From: Ascidiella aspersa
Lineage: Eukaryota
Direction: 5' to 3'
Assembly: GCA_963924565.1 (NCBI GenBank)
Contig: OZ004611.1
Location: 33,294,001 to 33,358,000 of the forward strand
Length of the DNA stretch: 64,000 nt
The notes under the pieces are model-generated. The model was not told where the DNA came from. It saw nothing but the letters and a program-made list of their open reading frames with translations, and made no database searches. The position numbers and the translations under genes were made by a program. Shown here piece after piece: positions 23,701 to 36,467 of this stretch (positions are counted from its first letter, which is position 1; each line of letters begins with the position of its first letter).

Positions 23701-26700
23701 GAAATGTTGAGCTGTTAATTCCCTCGTGGCCCGAGATAACCAGGTCACATGACACTCGCCCCTGATTGCAGCTGAGGAAAGACAGGCCCTGCATCCGCAC
23801 ACACACACGTACGCACGCACACACACACACACACGCACGTACGTACGCGCAGCTGTCAGTTGTTGCAATGAGTTACTTAGACTTCACAAAGCTTGAGACG
23901 TTAAAACCGACCAACTCATAAACACTTTATAAAATTAAAATTGCGTCCCGTGTGATTGTAGGGGAATCCCCATAGAACGGCATACTCAATCTTCGTTCAA
24001 ATTGCTGCCGATATAGTTATTGATGAGGCGAGCATTTGTGATTTTAAACGTCCATATATTGTTAATAGTTTTAAGTTTTGGCTTTGATGATGGCTACAAG
24101 CAGCTTACATTTTGAGAAAACGTTCGGGAAATTTAAGAGGCCATTTCTTTCTCTTTAAAACGGCCAAATGGTTCCATGAGGCCAAACTGCCACGGTAGGT
24201 GTTACGGATGTATCAACATTTTAATAGACCACAAAGTGTTGGCAAAGTCGGTGCTTGTGACCATGAGGTCACGGGGTTGTGACCTTGAGGTCACGGGGAG
24301 GATCAAGGTCAAGTTGACACATAGAGTGCGCAAAAGTTTGTATGCGACGGTTAAAAGATTTAAATTCAGTTCACGTTGTTGCACAAACTTAAAAACACTT
24401 TAAGAGAACGGTGGTTGTTTAAACGTGGCTATACCTGGATATAAATAATATGATAGTCCAGGGCAATGGTCAGCAGGTGTGACCCCTGATCTGGCCACCA
24501 CAAGAGGGAGCATTGCACAATGTCACATGGTGGAGTACTCAGCACAGGTCCATGTATCCTGACAATTGTTGTGTGTGTAATTGCTCATCATTATAAACAA
24601 ATGCTTAATCGGACTTGTGGCAAACAAGCAAGTTAAAACACTTCACAAACATGTTTGAACAACTTTGAGCAACATTGGCTTATCTAGATAAGACAGAACA
24701 AACATTTAACTGCAAATATAATGCAGCAAAATATTAAACCTGTAGTAATGTAGCTAGCCAATCAACTGATTCTAAAGAATGTTTCATTTAACAACAGCAG
24801 GTAAATCACAATAACATCATATCCACTTGAAAATTTGTGCCCAAACCTTTCCTAAAGTAAGAGATCTAAGAAGGTTGTGCTTATTGTTTGACTTTATGAG
24901 TGATTCCTAACTATGAGCAATGATAACCTTAGATACCATTTGATAGTCCTCAACTTTTACACGTACCTTTTCACAACTGTTTCTATTAGTAACTAATGCA
25001 TTTTTATAGAAAATTTTTAATTTGTGTTTTTAAGATCAATGATTGGAGTGGGGATTAACATTTGTGGGTTTAAAATTTCACAGGATAACTGCAGCAGCTT
25101 TTTAACCTGTTTTGCTACAAATCAATATAATAGGTCAAAGGTTAATGGCCTGGGCTAGTTATTATTCCGATGGGAAAAAACTGTGCGACTTAATTTCACC
25201 ATCGTTCTTCAATCAAAACAAGCTTTTCAATTTCTGTCAAAATCCTGACATTCTTGGTCTGCTTAGATGACTTTCACTTTCACAAGAGCGAATAAACATG
25301 AAATATTCATGATGAAAGTTTTAGTTTTGCCAATTCTCTTGTTCACATCTTGTTGCTATACATGAGCATCCACATCGAGCATCAAACATTTTGAGTTTGG
25401 TGTTCCAACAAGCAAATATTAAAAAATGCAAGATTGACCAAAACTGGATTTTACTTTGATCAACTAAAATAAAGTAAAAAGGTTTTGACCGTGGGACAGT
25501 TTTTTTTTTAGTTTTAGCACTTTTTTGATTTTTTTGCAATAGTTTGTTTCCAATAAATCGATACAACACGATGTACGATTTTACTTTGATCAACTAAAAT
25601 AAAATAAAAAGGTTTAACAATAAAACAAAACTTCAAGTTAAATATCAAAATAACATCAAATACCACAATTTTTTTAATTTCAAATACAAATATTAGAATG
25701 CGTAACAAACTTTAATTGTTGCTGGCGCTACAAACTAAATTAATAAACTTCACGATCACCTTGATGCAATAACCACACCAAATTCTGTGTTAATAACAGT
25801 ACATCAAGCCAAAAGCAGTTTAACAAAAACATCCATCGTTTTTGCAAGAATTACCCAGACAAATTTTGTTGTGGTTTTCAAAATGCCAACAAAGTGGCAC
25901 CTGCAATGTGTATCATGAAATGGTGTAGGGATGGCAATTATTGTAAACATGCCACACTGTTTCCAATATTTAAGAACAAATGTAAAAATCACCTTTCTAA
26001 TGCAATTTTCTACATATTAGGTAGTTCTATACAGGAAACCACTTGGGAGTAATTTTACAAATTCCTACTACTTTGATATAATTTGAAAATAATTATCTTC
26101 AAGCTTTAAATGTTGTCACCTCAAACACTTCACAAAAACACCATACCTTTGATTGAATCTTTCCTTTGCTTGCTGCCTTTCTCCGAGGGCTAAGCATAGG
26201 TTTCACGCTGCTTGATGTGGCAGGAGGGGGTGAGGCATGGGCGTCGCCGTTCTGCTGAACAACGTCCGGTACATTTTTTTCAACGTTAGCCTTTTTGTCG
26301 ACGTTAGCCTTTTTTTCGACGTTAAAAACTGCTTGTTTCGAAACACTGTTGGCCTCTACATCTCTGAATGAAGCAAAATTAACAGCATTGATAGATTTAA
26401 TTTACAATTTCCTAAAAGTAATAAATATTAGGTCCCTCAAGCAATATTAGGAAGCACAACTAATTTTGATATTCAGGATGTTTCATTAATATGTGTGACA
26501 TTTACATAAAGTTCATTAGGAGAGCATGTGTCTTGAGGTAACGGGTTTAAATCTTAAAAAAACATTTTTTTTTGTTTTGCTCACATGCATAAAAATTACT
26601 GAGTTCCGGTTAGTCTCCTAAGATTAACAAATATGGGGTGCCATTATTTTTGGCCTGTACACCTTTGAAAGGCGAGATTATTAAGTTATTAGCATTTAAT

Positions 26701-28169
26701 ACGACAAAGGACATCTCACACTTTTTTGACCAACACTTTTCATAAAAATACCAAGTCTATGCTTACTTTTTTGAAGATTGCTTGCGAATTTCCCTCAGAC
26801 CTTCTTTGAGAGATTTTTGAGTTCCTGGCAGATTGAACCACCTGGAAACAAGTATAACATAGTTTAGTGAAACCAACTCGTATATGGTTCACAGGACCTT
26901 CCACAAAACAAAAATAATTAAAAAAATTAAAAGTTATTTTAGCAATAATCATTAGTAGGTTCGTTTTTTATTGCCTGCAGTAAAATATTGGCATACACTG
27001 ATATTGTTCAAACATTCAGCTATAAAGATGTGAAGAACTGATTTTGGTTGAACAAAAATAAAGCATTTTTGAGGAATAAGCTTAAAATATATTTTTACTA
27101 AAACAACTGAAGCGTATACCAGGCACCGCTGACAAGAAGCAAGCTATTCTATGGTAGGTACACACCCGAGATTGTTGCCATTTGTGTGCACACCGGAGTA
27201 AAACTGTGCACATTCGAAAAACAGTTAAAGCGTAACAGGATGTTAAATGCCTGGAAAGTATGGTAGACATCATAGACCAGGTATGTACAACTCAAACATG
27301 ACGACGTGCCAAATTTTATTTTATAACTTCTTCCCGTGCCAAAGTTTAGCAACTATTTTTTTTATAATATTAAAAGCGCCTTTATACAAAAAATAAAAAG
27401 AGTATAGCTTTTATAATATTAGAAGTGATTGTTTGTTGTCGTAATTGCTGGGATTGTTTTGTATTGTGAATAAACAATGACAATCGGCTGTATAACAAAT
27501 TTAGCTTATTTGACAATTGGCTGAATTTTTGGGGGGGCTTGTATGCCATTTTTTATTAGGTCGCGTGCCATATGTTGGCCTTATGTGGAAACCCCTGTCA
27601 TAGACGGTCAAATAAACTGGGGTGACCGGGTGCACCAAAGGTCAAAAGTTTAGCGCTCCACTCCCAGGAATAGCCAAGGGTAAAAAGTTAGGCCTGTTGC
27701 CCACTTAAAGGAGCAAAACTTATGTCAGGTTTTTTTTTATATATAATAGTGTTCACTGTTCATTTTCAATTTTTCAAATACCGTTATAACAGTCGCGTAA
27801 TTTTAAGTTGCAAAATTATAATCTCCTTGATTTTTTCAGATCTAGATTGACACTGTTAAGAAACTCACAGCTGCAGATAATTTTTAACCTGGTTGAAGTG
27901 CGCATAAAACCTCCGTTGCACACCCCACAATTTGGTGGCACACTAACAAGAAGTGCCATAAAATGGAAACTTGGGTTAAAATGTGTGCTTTACATATTTC
28001 TACTAGATTGAGAAGGTGCATCTGGCAGATGTTTCAAACCACCAAGCACCAACCTTATAAATAGTTCATCAACTTTGACATTTATGTCAGATTTTAGAGC
28101 TCCTTGCTTCGAAATCCTTTCTCTTCGTGTTTTCGGACTTTGAGATCCTCTTACGCGTTTTTCGTTCAT
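11780..28169 (-). CDS. PPP2R3: Serine/threonine-protein phosphatase 2A regulatory subunit B'' (PR70/PR72-type isoform)
   Basis: Phase-consistent GT-AG exons: 28169-28054, 26841-26767, 26363-26147, 15046-14929, 14261-14167, 14044-13838, 13774-13700, 13637-13551, 13345-13189, 12727-12586, 12527-12383, 12285-12136, 12074-11959, 11900-11780. Motifs: [55 protein letters not shown] (EF hand), [35 protein letters not shown]. Confidence 0.92.
12775..13160. mobile_element. hAT (Charlie-like) MITE in a PPP2R3 intron
   Basis: TIRs caggggtcccaacct / aggttgggaacccctg; exact 8-bp TSD ctatagag (12767-12774 and 13161-13168). Confidence 0.92.
14809..14888. repeat. 29-bp tandem repeat (about 3 copies) with a TGACGTCA core
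   Basis: attacaat(a/g)..tgatgacgtcacaacactc repeated about 2.8 times. Confidence 0.85.
15856..15927 (-). CDS. Candidate short alternative first coding exon of PPP2R3 ([24 protein letters not shown])
   Basis: ATG plus 24 codons in total, ending at a GTAAGT donor in phase 0, compatible with the 15046 acceptor. Confidence 0.4.
16339..16407 (-). CDS. Candidate short alternative first coding exon of PPP2R3 ([23 protein letters not shown])
   Basis: ATG-initiated 23 codons ending at AAG|GTAATA in phase 0; a locally GC-richer segment lies just upstream. Confidence 0.45.
20997..22391 (-). CDS. Large alternative first coding exon of PPP2R3 (465 codons, low complexity; PR130-like architecture)
   Basis: The 504-aa ORF has an internal donor GAG|GTAGGT at 20997/20996 in phase 0 matching exon 15046. 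It lies inside the PPP2R3 intron on the same strand, with acceptor-like sites upstream near 22408 and 22682. Confidence 0.7.
23795..23850. repeat. (CA)n-type microsatellite
   Basis: Interrupted ca/cgca/cgta run; a similar run lies at about 20582-20638. Confidence 0.8.
27278..27597. mobile_element. hAT-type MITE
   Basis: CAGG...CCTG termini with imperfect TIRs; exact 8-bp TSD tcatagac on both sides. Confidence 0.8.
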
Positions 28170-29522
28170 TTATTTGGAAAATAATTAAACTACTTAAATA
28201 AAAAACTATGAGCACCTAACTTAAAAACGCAAATAAAGAAAAGCTTGAAAAACGTGACCTTTTTTGCACGCGCCTATAAATGGTAAACAGTGTTAAATTT
28301 TCTAGAAAAGGGTCTTAGGTTTCCAAATAACCATACATTACAATGTTTCCAAAAACAATTACATTTAAAAATTTTAACAAATATTTAAAAGTTCAGTTTC
28401 CTAAGAAACGTTTTGCCTTAACACACCCATTGGAATAAGACTTGCATTGATTACAGACCTAAAGTAACTTTTATTCGCTTGCAAAAGACGTTTTGTGCAA
28501 GGATTTAATTCACAGGTCTTTCCAATCATATTTGGAATTTTATATGGTAATTTATATAATAGTTAAAGCCAATATAATGTTTGAACAAGAAACTATTTTT
28601 TTAACAAATATGATCGAAATAATTTAGGGGTGTTCCCCTATTCTAAAACCTTTTAACACATTTATTCTGTTATATTTTAATTTACTTCGTCTCTTTGGTT
28701 TAACTAACTCATTGACAAGACATTATCATTAAAATAATGTTGATTAAAAAAAAAAAATTTTTCAAAGATTAAAGCAAACGTTACCTACATTTGCAACAGT
28801 GCTAATAGCTGTTGCTTTTTAGTTCTTTTTAATAAGCGCAATATAAACATTTTCATTTATTGCACAGCGCATACGCATAAAATATTTGTTTCACTCACCA
28901 CATTTTTAAATATTTTAAACATAACTATGAAAAACACAAATTGTACGCCAAAATACATAATTACATTTAGAACCATTGCCTAAATAAAGCCAGTGTTATT
29001 CATATTTAACATAACATTTGGCAAATTTCACACTTTCCATATTAATTGATTTCATAAACACCAAACTGTTTTCTTGTTGACAAAGATTTCTGTTTACCAG
29101 TTTTACTGTAAAACAAATCTTACAAGTACATATTCAGAATATTTTAACTAAAAATAACAGGTGGAAACGATGAAAAAAAGCAAAGCCAGATAGGTCAAGG
29201 AAACATTCATTTTTAAATATTTAGTAACAGTTTAAATTAATGAACAAATTTAATAATTGCATAAAAACCAGAGTTGCACCAAATAATCTTGCCACATTTT
29301 TCTTTAATTTTTCCTGCCAGTAACTTCAGCTTGTTGCTGTAAAACATGATGACTTATGACCTGCATGGCTTTGATGGTAACAACATAAATTTTCACAATA
29401 AATACTTAAACTTAAAATATTTTTAAAAATGTTGTACCACATTAAATTAATATAAATAAGTACAACGAAATCCTTTTATAACGCACTTTGCAATCCTTGG
29501 AAGAAATTCAAGTTACTCAGAT

Positions 29523-29927
29523 CAGTGGTTCTCAACCTTTTTATCTTTCGGACCGGTAAAATTTGTTCAAAAATCAAAATCAAGAATGGAAATTTCAATT
29601 TAATGAGCAATTTATCGTTGTCTTTTTGATATTATACATGTTATATGTAGTTCTATTGAAGTTTTTCACTTACAACTGGTCTTAAAGTTTAACGAGTTGT
29701 AGCCTACTTTTAAACAGATGGGCACAACACTTGCAGCATTGTGACGTACGATAAAGTCCAACCATTAACTCTATATTACGTCACAATCCTGCAATTGCGG
29801 AACTGGCATGTTTTAAATTTGATGGGCAAGCCTTCAACATGTTGCATTTTGCAATTCAGATACATGTTGTATTTTGCAATTTCAGAAATTTTAATATATT
29901 TAGCGGACCGGCGGTTGAGAACCACTG
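29523..29927. mobile_element. hAT (Charlie-like) MITE
   Basis: Perfect TIR cagtggttctcaacc/ggttgagaaccactg; flanks actcagat/acctagat. Confidence 0.85.
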
Positions 29928-30397
29928 ACCTAGATAGTTTAGTCTAGGATTGCAAAACTCAACTCAGGACTCCAGTCATACTATAACCAACATTGCAGGG
30001 GCCATTGCTCTACCAATATGTGCAACTTCATTTAAGGATATCAACAGCATAGATAAAGCAACCGATCCATTTATACACAGATGCATATTTTCTAAACACT
30101 AAAACAAAGGTAGCGGTACACATATTAAGGTAATGCTTCTTTGGTATGTATGAGGTTTTTATTGGTAGGGATGTGTAAAGCAGGATATCAGATCCTAAGA
30201 ATTAATATACAATTTTGTTGTTTATCGGGTAAACGGAACTTCTATTTTTATCAAAATGTTGTGAAAACTTTCTCTTAATTTGTATATATCCAAGTGGTAA
30301 ACTATATATTCTATTTCGAACTACCATAATCATTGTTAGCATAACAAAAGTCATACATCTGTGTATAAACCAATCAACTTATAAAAAAGGCCACATT

Positions 30398-32923
30398 TCA
30401 AAGCCTCTTTTTTATCAGTTTTTCAAGCTTTCTTATTCTTGAAGAGGAATCATTTTCGTATGCGTTTAATGAAGTCGCTGAACGTGAACCAGCGGAGGGA
30501 AGCAGTGTGCGAAACACTTCCATGATCGCATTTTGTTCGTTTCGCCGAAGCCCTTTCATGTCGAGAATCTTCTGGAACATTTCTATGTCGGGGTCGACCA
30601 GGAGTCGGATGCAGCTCGATACGAAGGCTGAGGTGGGGTCATGAGGGGTCATTACAACCTTGAGGAGCATCTCCGCTTTCGTCATCCCTTTAACAACGAT
30701 CTTTGTGTACGACGACGGCGCTTTGCGCGAAACTTGGGACGAAATCGACGGCAGCTCGAGCAAGATGGTCTTCAGCGAATGCGTATCTAATAGCAACTGT
30801 TCAGCACCAACGGTTCCGATTGGCTTGCATTTGTACAAGGAGCTGATAAACCTGGGAATGAACGAGTTTGCGAACTTGATGCAGAACTGTGTGAAGTACT
30901 TGCGAGCCTCGGCCAGGTTCACACGAATGTGGGGCACAGTCTGCTTGATGTGCGAAGTTATCGACGTCACGTACGAGCTCTGGTCTCCAACATGCTCCAC
31001 GGTGGTCCACGATATTTTTGACATCGCAGCAAGCGGTTGATCGCACGCCGACTCTAAATCTTGCTCCAAAAGTTGGATGCAGTTTGATATAACCGTGCTG
31101 AAGACTGTTTGTTCTTCAGAAAGGTCGATTTGAGGTGAGAGTGAGGTAACCACCTTCTCCTTTAGCTTTCCCTCCAACTGTTGAGTGGTTTCCAGGCAGT
31201 AATCGGCGGTTGTCAGAATCGAGCAGATTAGCGTGAGCTCTCCGGCGCTAAGACGAGTTGTTTCCTGGGACGAACCGTCTTTTAAACTCGAAGTTGTTTC
31301 TTTCAGCAAATTTGTGACGGATGAAAACGTGATGTTGGTGCTGAGAGAGACAGAGGAGTTCGTGACCTTTGGTAGGTTGCTGCTTAAAATACGGGAGGCA
31401 TATTCACGCAGGTATTTCTGGAAGAGTTTTGCCAGCGCAAGCATAGGGTCTCCGTTGCTCAGCTGTGAGCATTGGACCATGCATTTCTTGTAATAAACAA
31501 ACAAGTCGGCACAATTTCCGAGCACACCCCCTTCAGTGGCGAGAGTGTCGCTTTTAATTTGTTGACTTTTTGCCTGAAGTTCTTCCTGGAATTTAGCGAT
31601 CAGTTCGGATAGGTTTCGGTCCTGAGACTCAATGTAAATGTAAAGGTACGGTTCAAAGCAGCTTGAAATCAACCTCTGGAATGGATTTTCAGGTTTTTTA
31701 TTCGGGTTCTGATCTTCTCCGTCACTTGTTTCATCTTCGTTTGCCGAACTTTCATCGAGAAACGGATTTGTGTTTTTCTCACCAGAAGAATTCTCCAATG
31801 TTTTGATTTTATCAACTTTTTTTTCTCTTAATGTATTTCCAGATAAACGCTTGGATAAAAGAGTCTCAAAGTTTGTTGTTCGCTGGATGGCAAACAGAAG
31901 CAGCTTCACGTCAATTTCATTCGACCTTCGCTGCATTAATGCACTTAACTCGCGACTTGTGATCGAACAAAACTCAACTGCTATGAGTTCAGACACTTCC
32001 CAATGCTCGGGAAATATCTTCGACATTTTGTTTTCAAACTCGACCAGGAGTCGTTTAATCCAAGCGTAGCGACGGTCGATTTTGTCCAACCAGGCAACAT
32101 CCTGCGACGAATCAAACAAAACTGAATACTCCGAGAGCTGGTTCTTTATAAACTTGTTGAGCAGCTCTCTTTTAACGCTTGGAGACAATGCATCAGCGAC
32201 AGCACATGCTTCATGCAGCAGTGTCGTGTTTATAGAAACCTTATTCGACTGTGGCGAGAAAGCTGCATCAAACTCAGCCAAAACAAGCTGCGTCATTTCC
32301 TGCTTAATTTCCTCAACTCGGGTTGAAAGGTCACGGACGGTGGAAATCGATCGGAACTTGTTAAACTGATCCATTACGTTGATGACGCCTTGCAGAAGGC
32401 TGGCAGCTTCACCGAACTGTCGCTTCCGAGATAGATTCTGCAGCGTGTCGACTCCACTGATGAGCATGTGCAGGTGATTGTGGGTCGTTATCGCTTGCGT
32501 AAGGTTGCGCTTTGCTTGATCGAGCTGCTTTATATCGCGAGTGATCTCCTTAACCATTTGTTCTGATTGGTCGGCTCTGTCCTTGATGTTTTTCACCTTG
32601 GAAAAAAGCTCGTGTATTGCAAGTTGAGCTTCTTCAAGCGCCAGCTGTCCGTCAACACCGGAGGTCGTTTGCTTGCGAACCGCCAGCTTAATATCGTGGT
32701 TCACATGTTTCAGTCGGCTCTCGACTTTTAGGACAACATCGTCGATGTTGGCGAGCGATTGCTCAGTTGGAAAAAGATTGTTTATGTAATCGACAACGTT
32801 GAAGTTCGGTTGTTCTAATGGATCCTTGCTTGGAAAAACACTTGTCAGGACCGACTGAACATCTTCTGAAAACTTTAGACAAGGTTTGTCAAGAACATCA
32901 TCGTCACAATTGTGCTCCGTCAT
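30398..32923 (-). CDS. VPS53: Vacuolar protein sorting-associated protein 53 (GARP/EARP subunit), intronless, 841 aa
   Basis: [75 protein letters not shown] and C-terminal [15 protein letters not shown] are typical of animal VPS53. Confidence 0.97.
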   Translation of the reverse strand: MTEHNCDDDVLDKPCLKFSEDVQSVLTSVFPSKDPLEQPNFNVVDYINNLFPTEQSLANIDDVVLKVESRLKHVNHDIKLAVRKQTTSGVDGQLALEEAQLAIHELFSKVKNIKDRADQSEQMVKEITRDIKQLDQAKRNLTQAITTHNHLHMLISGVDTLQNLSRKRQFGEAASLLQGVINVMDQFNKFRSISTVRDLSTRVEEIKQEMTQLVLAEFDAAFSPQSNKVSINTTLLHEACAVADALSPSVKRELLNKFIKNQLSEYSVLFDSSQDVAWLDKIDRRYAWIKRLLVEFENKMSKIFPEHWEVSELIAVEFCSITSRELSALMQRRSNEIDVKLLLFAIQRTTNFETLLSKRLSGNTLREKKVDKIKTLENSSGEKNTNPFLDESSANEDETSDGEDQNPNKKPENPFQRLISSCFEPYLYIYIESQDRNLSELIAKFQEELQAKSQQIKSDTLATEGGVLGNCADLFVYYKKCMVQCSQLSNGDPMLALAKLFQKYLREYASRILSSNLPKVTNSSVSLSTNITFSSVTNLLKETTSSLKDGSSQETTRLSAGELTLICSILTTADYCLETTQQLEGKLKEKVVTSLSPQIDLSEEQTVFSTVISNCIQLLEQDLESACDQPLAAMSKISWTTVEHVGDQSSYVTSITSHIKQTVPHIRVNLAEARKYFTQFCIKFANSFIPRFISSLYKCKPIGTVGAEQLLLDTHSLKTILLELPSISSQVSRKAPSSYTKIVVKGMTKAEMLLKVVMTPHDPTSAFVSSCIRLLVDPDIEMFQKILDMKGLRRNEQNAIMEVFRTLLPSAGSRSATSLNAYENDSSSRIRKLEKLIKKRL

Positions 32924-33473
32924 CTTGATTTATGTAAAAAACCTAAAAGTTAAAAATCTGCATTTAATTTGCTATCAACGATTAATTACCATTTTTAGGA
33001 AGTTCTTATTTGCGAGACTCCGTCTGTTATAAGTTCACCCAATAATGAATATACAGTAATTTAAGGTTAGAGTTAGCAATCGGTGTTTAGGTCATTGGAT
33101 TACTGAATTCAATTTTTAGTGATTTATTCCCAAATAAACTTTTACTTTGTTAGTTAGTTAGGTGAAAGCCTCTCCCATCATAAAAATCTGAATTTATAAA
33201 ATCTGGATTATATTTCCACATTTTGCTATAATTTTAAAGCGAATTAGCCAACTTATAAATCATCAAAAGAAAAACGCTAACTTTTAATCCAACTTAAATA
33301 ATAACAATTGGGAAAATGCTAATTAAAAAACCAAACTTAAAACCAAACATACATCTAACAACTTCATGAAAACAATTCTTTCACAAAAAACAATGAAAGT
33401 CTAAGCCAAGCCATTTGAGAAAATACTCATCCAAGAATGAGAAAAGTGAAGTCATAACTATGTAATTTAACAT

Positions 33474-33676
33474 GGGCGCTGGTCTAGAATCCTACCGCAA
33501 GGAACATTATTTGTGTTAGGGTAGGTCAAGTATTATTATTAGGTAATGATACTTGACCCACCCTCACCCAAGCACTAACCGACACGGCCCCACCTTAACC
33601 CAAATATTGTGCGTTGCTTTAATAATTGTTTCAACGCTGCGGCTGTGGAATGTGGTAGGATTTTAGACCAGCGCCC
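33474..33676. mobile_element. Foldback/MITE-like palindromic element
   Basis: TIR gggcgctggtctagaatcctacc / ggtaggattttagaccagcgccc; inner hairpin ggtcaagtatt...atacttgacc shared with the element at 55643. Confidence 0.75.
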
Positions 33677-34124
33677 AAAAAAACGTTGAATCTACATTTG
33701 TGGTTGGTAAATTTAAGGCGCAAAAAATAAATAAATTTGTTAGAAAAGTACAGCGTAATAAACACATAACTTTAAATATTATTTTTATATCAAGAAAAGC
33801 AAATTGCTGAACTTTGCAAATAAATTTGAAATTACGTGGAAATGCCTATTTACGTCGGCACTGCAAGGTTATATCGATTTTGTTCATTTAATTTTATGTT
33901 TGTTTCTTTTTAATTTATGTTTTTAAGCTACTTATTCATCTGGTTTATTTAGGATATGGGTTTGGATTGATGTTTTCTGATAATTATGAATTTATTAGTT
34001 TCAGCATCAATTTATTACATTTTAATAAAACATTCACTTCCAATATATAACATCAGGCGTAAAATCTTATTTTGACAGTTTCGAACCGTGACGAAATTCG
34101 CAATATTCAGATTTTGTTTCAAAG

Positions 34125-34675
34125 CAGGGAGTCGAACCGGAACCGAACCGGAACTTTATGAACCGGTTTTGGGTCAATTTTTTCCGAACCGTAACCGAAC
34201 CTGAACCGGTTTTTATAAGATTTTAAGGAGCCGACTCGGAACTGAACCGAATAATTTGAAAGTACCTGAACCTTAACCGAACCCGAACCTGTAAATAAAA
34301 GCGGTTCGCTCCTGCATGACGTCACAACTTCTGTTTTACAGAGTCAAGTTACGCCATATTCAAAATTTTATGAAAAAATATGATTATTGAATGAAAAAAC
34401 CTTTTAATTTTTATTTTTTAGATATTTCAATAATGAGTTGCTGGTTTTTAATACATCACGTAACTTAGATTAAATTACTTACAATTCAAACATTATTCTC
34501 TACATTTATTGACCCACATTTTGAGATTTAACGCAAATTATGTTGTATCTAAACCGGAACTTTACGAACCGGTTTTGAAATAGCGATGGTCGAACCGGAG
34601 CTGAACCGGATTCCGAAAAAATTCTTCAACCCGAACCGAACCTGAACCGGAAAAGTCAAACGGTTCGACTCCCTG
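34125..34675. mobile_element. hAT-type MITE with GAACC subterminal repeats
   Basis: TIR cagggagtcgaaccg/cggttcgactccctg; exact 8-bp TSD tttcaaag; many gaacc(g) motifs near both ends. Confidence 0.92.
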
Positions 34676-36467
34676 TTTCAAAGTACAATATTAAAAAAAA
34701 CGTTATTTAAAGGGTTTAAAGTGTAACAATCTAATGTTTTTTTTGAAAAGCCTAAACAGATTATTCATTTAAGAAAAAACAAATGTGATTCGGGTTTAAA
34801 TATCAATACTTCATTAGATATCTGCTGAGTGCAGATCTACTGGTGGACAATAGTATTGGCGATCCGCTGCCAGTTTTGGGTAAACTTTCTCGCGAGTCGT
34901 GTTTATAATTCAGTAGTTTCATATAAAGTCGTTCATTAACATTTGGTGAATTTTGCTACGATAACACACGAGAGAAAAATTTTGAAAATCATGGCCACAG
35001 TGCACACGAAGGATTTTGGCAATATGTATATTTAACAATTGCCTACTTTTTCGTAATGAGGTACCACCTCTCTCATCTAAGGCTAAGTTGCACAATGTTA
35101 ACGGCTCTTCACGATCTACGTAAAATCAGCAGTAGCGTTTGTACCGAAATCAGTTGTTCAAGAAGAATTTAAACCTAATTTGTTTGCAAAACAAGGCATT
35201 GGCCTCTTTAAAGCAAGTCTGTGGAGAAAAAGACCCGAGTGACGAGTTGCAAAGTTTAATAAGTTATAGCTTTTGATGCACGCAAAAAATATACCACCTA
35301 CCATGGATCAGGGGTCCGCAAATAGTTTTTGACGCGTCCCAAGTGCTTCGAATTGTTTTAATTAAAATAACTTTGCTAAAAAACACACAGTAACTTATTG
35401 TGTTTCTATTTATAAATCTGGGCTATGTGTTTTGTTTATTTTAAGAGAAAGGCCCCCCGGACACCTGCCATAGAACATTGGTTGGCAACAGTTTAATCTA
35501 GCAAGAGTTGGAAGCACAAGGTTTATAAAACCAATGTTTTTATCATTTTTTTTATTTTATCTTTCGACTAGCTCTTTTATCTTAAGTTATTTAAAGAACT
35601 TGAATGTTTTTTTCTACACATAACACGTATTACAATGTGCAATTTATAGAACTGTTCACAATTCTAGACATATTGTTCCAAACATTTCTACGATTTAGGA
35701 TTTATTCGCGCATTACGATATTTTGACCCCAATGGAAAAAAATGTACTGTGAACTTATGACGTAGCAATGTAACATTTTCTTTAAAGTAACTTTACCTAA
35801 AACGGGATCTACTCCAGGTTTGTACCTGTAAGTTTAAAATAAATTCGCTCTAAATTCGAAACCCTTCTTTCTGTGCGCAACCAACACATTAAATATAATC
35901 ACGATATATTTGCAACGAAGCCATTCAAAAAATTCAACAAAAACACGAAAAACGCAGCAGATTTCAAACTTTAAACGAAGACGTTTCTAAGCAAAAAAAT
36001 CCGCTTATGCGTCACAAGTTGGTCGTCATTAATCATTACGTCATAGAAGTGACGTCATAATTATCAAACCAAATAATCAATCCACGATTATTGATGACGT
36101 AACACGTGGAGATTTATCATCGATTCGCGGCAAATTATTTCAACGAAAAACAAAACAAAAAACTAGCGGAAGTGCAGAAATCAGTTCCGGGAGTTCCCCG
36201 TAAATAGCTCAGCCAGGTTTACCCCTCAGCGTTTGGGGTAATCCCCTAACCCCAGTTATAAGTTGTCCTCGGCCTTGAACTTCTTCCCCAACTTTAATTA
36301 CCCTCATTTATTTTAATCGATTCTATTCAAACATTAAACTTAAAAAAATATAAACTATTTCTTAAAAGAACAACTCTATTTGGGGAAAACCCCGGAATCC
36401 ACAATGTTCTTGGGTGAGGGGATCTCCCGAGAGCTCAATGTGTGTTGTGACCGAACAATGGTCGAGG

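Noticed and set aside
24435-24558. Possible extra PPP2R3 exon with AG/GT borders
   Set aside because: No recognisable homology, and its phase does not fit simple inclusion after exon 26147.
30660-32369. Plus-strand ORFs of 86-126 aa
   Set aside because: Antisense shadows of the VPS53 CDS.
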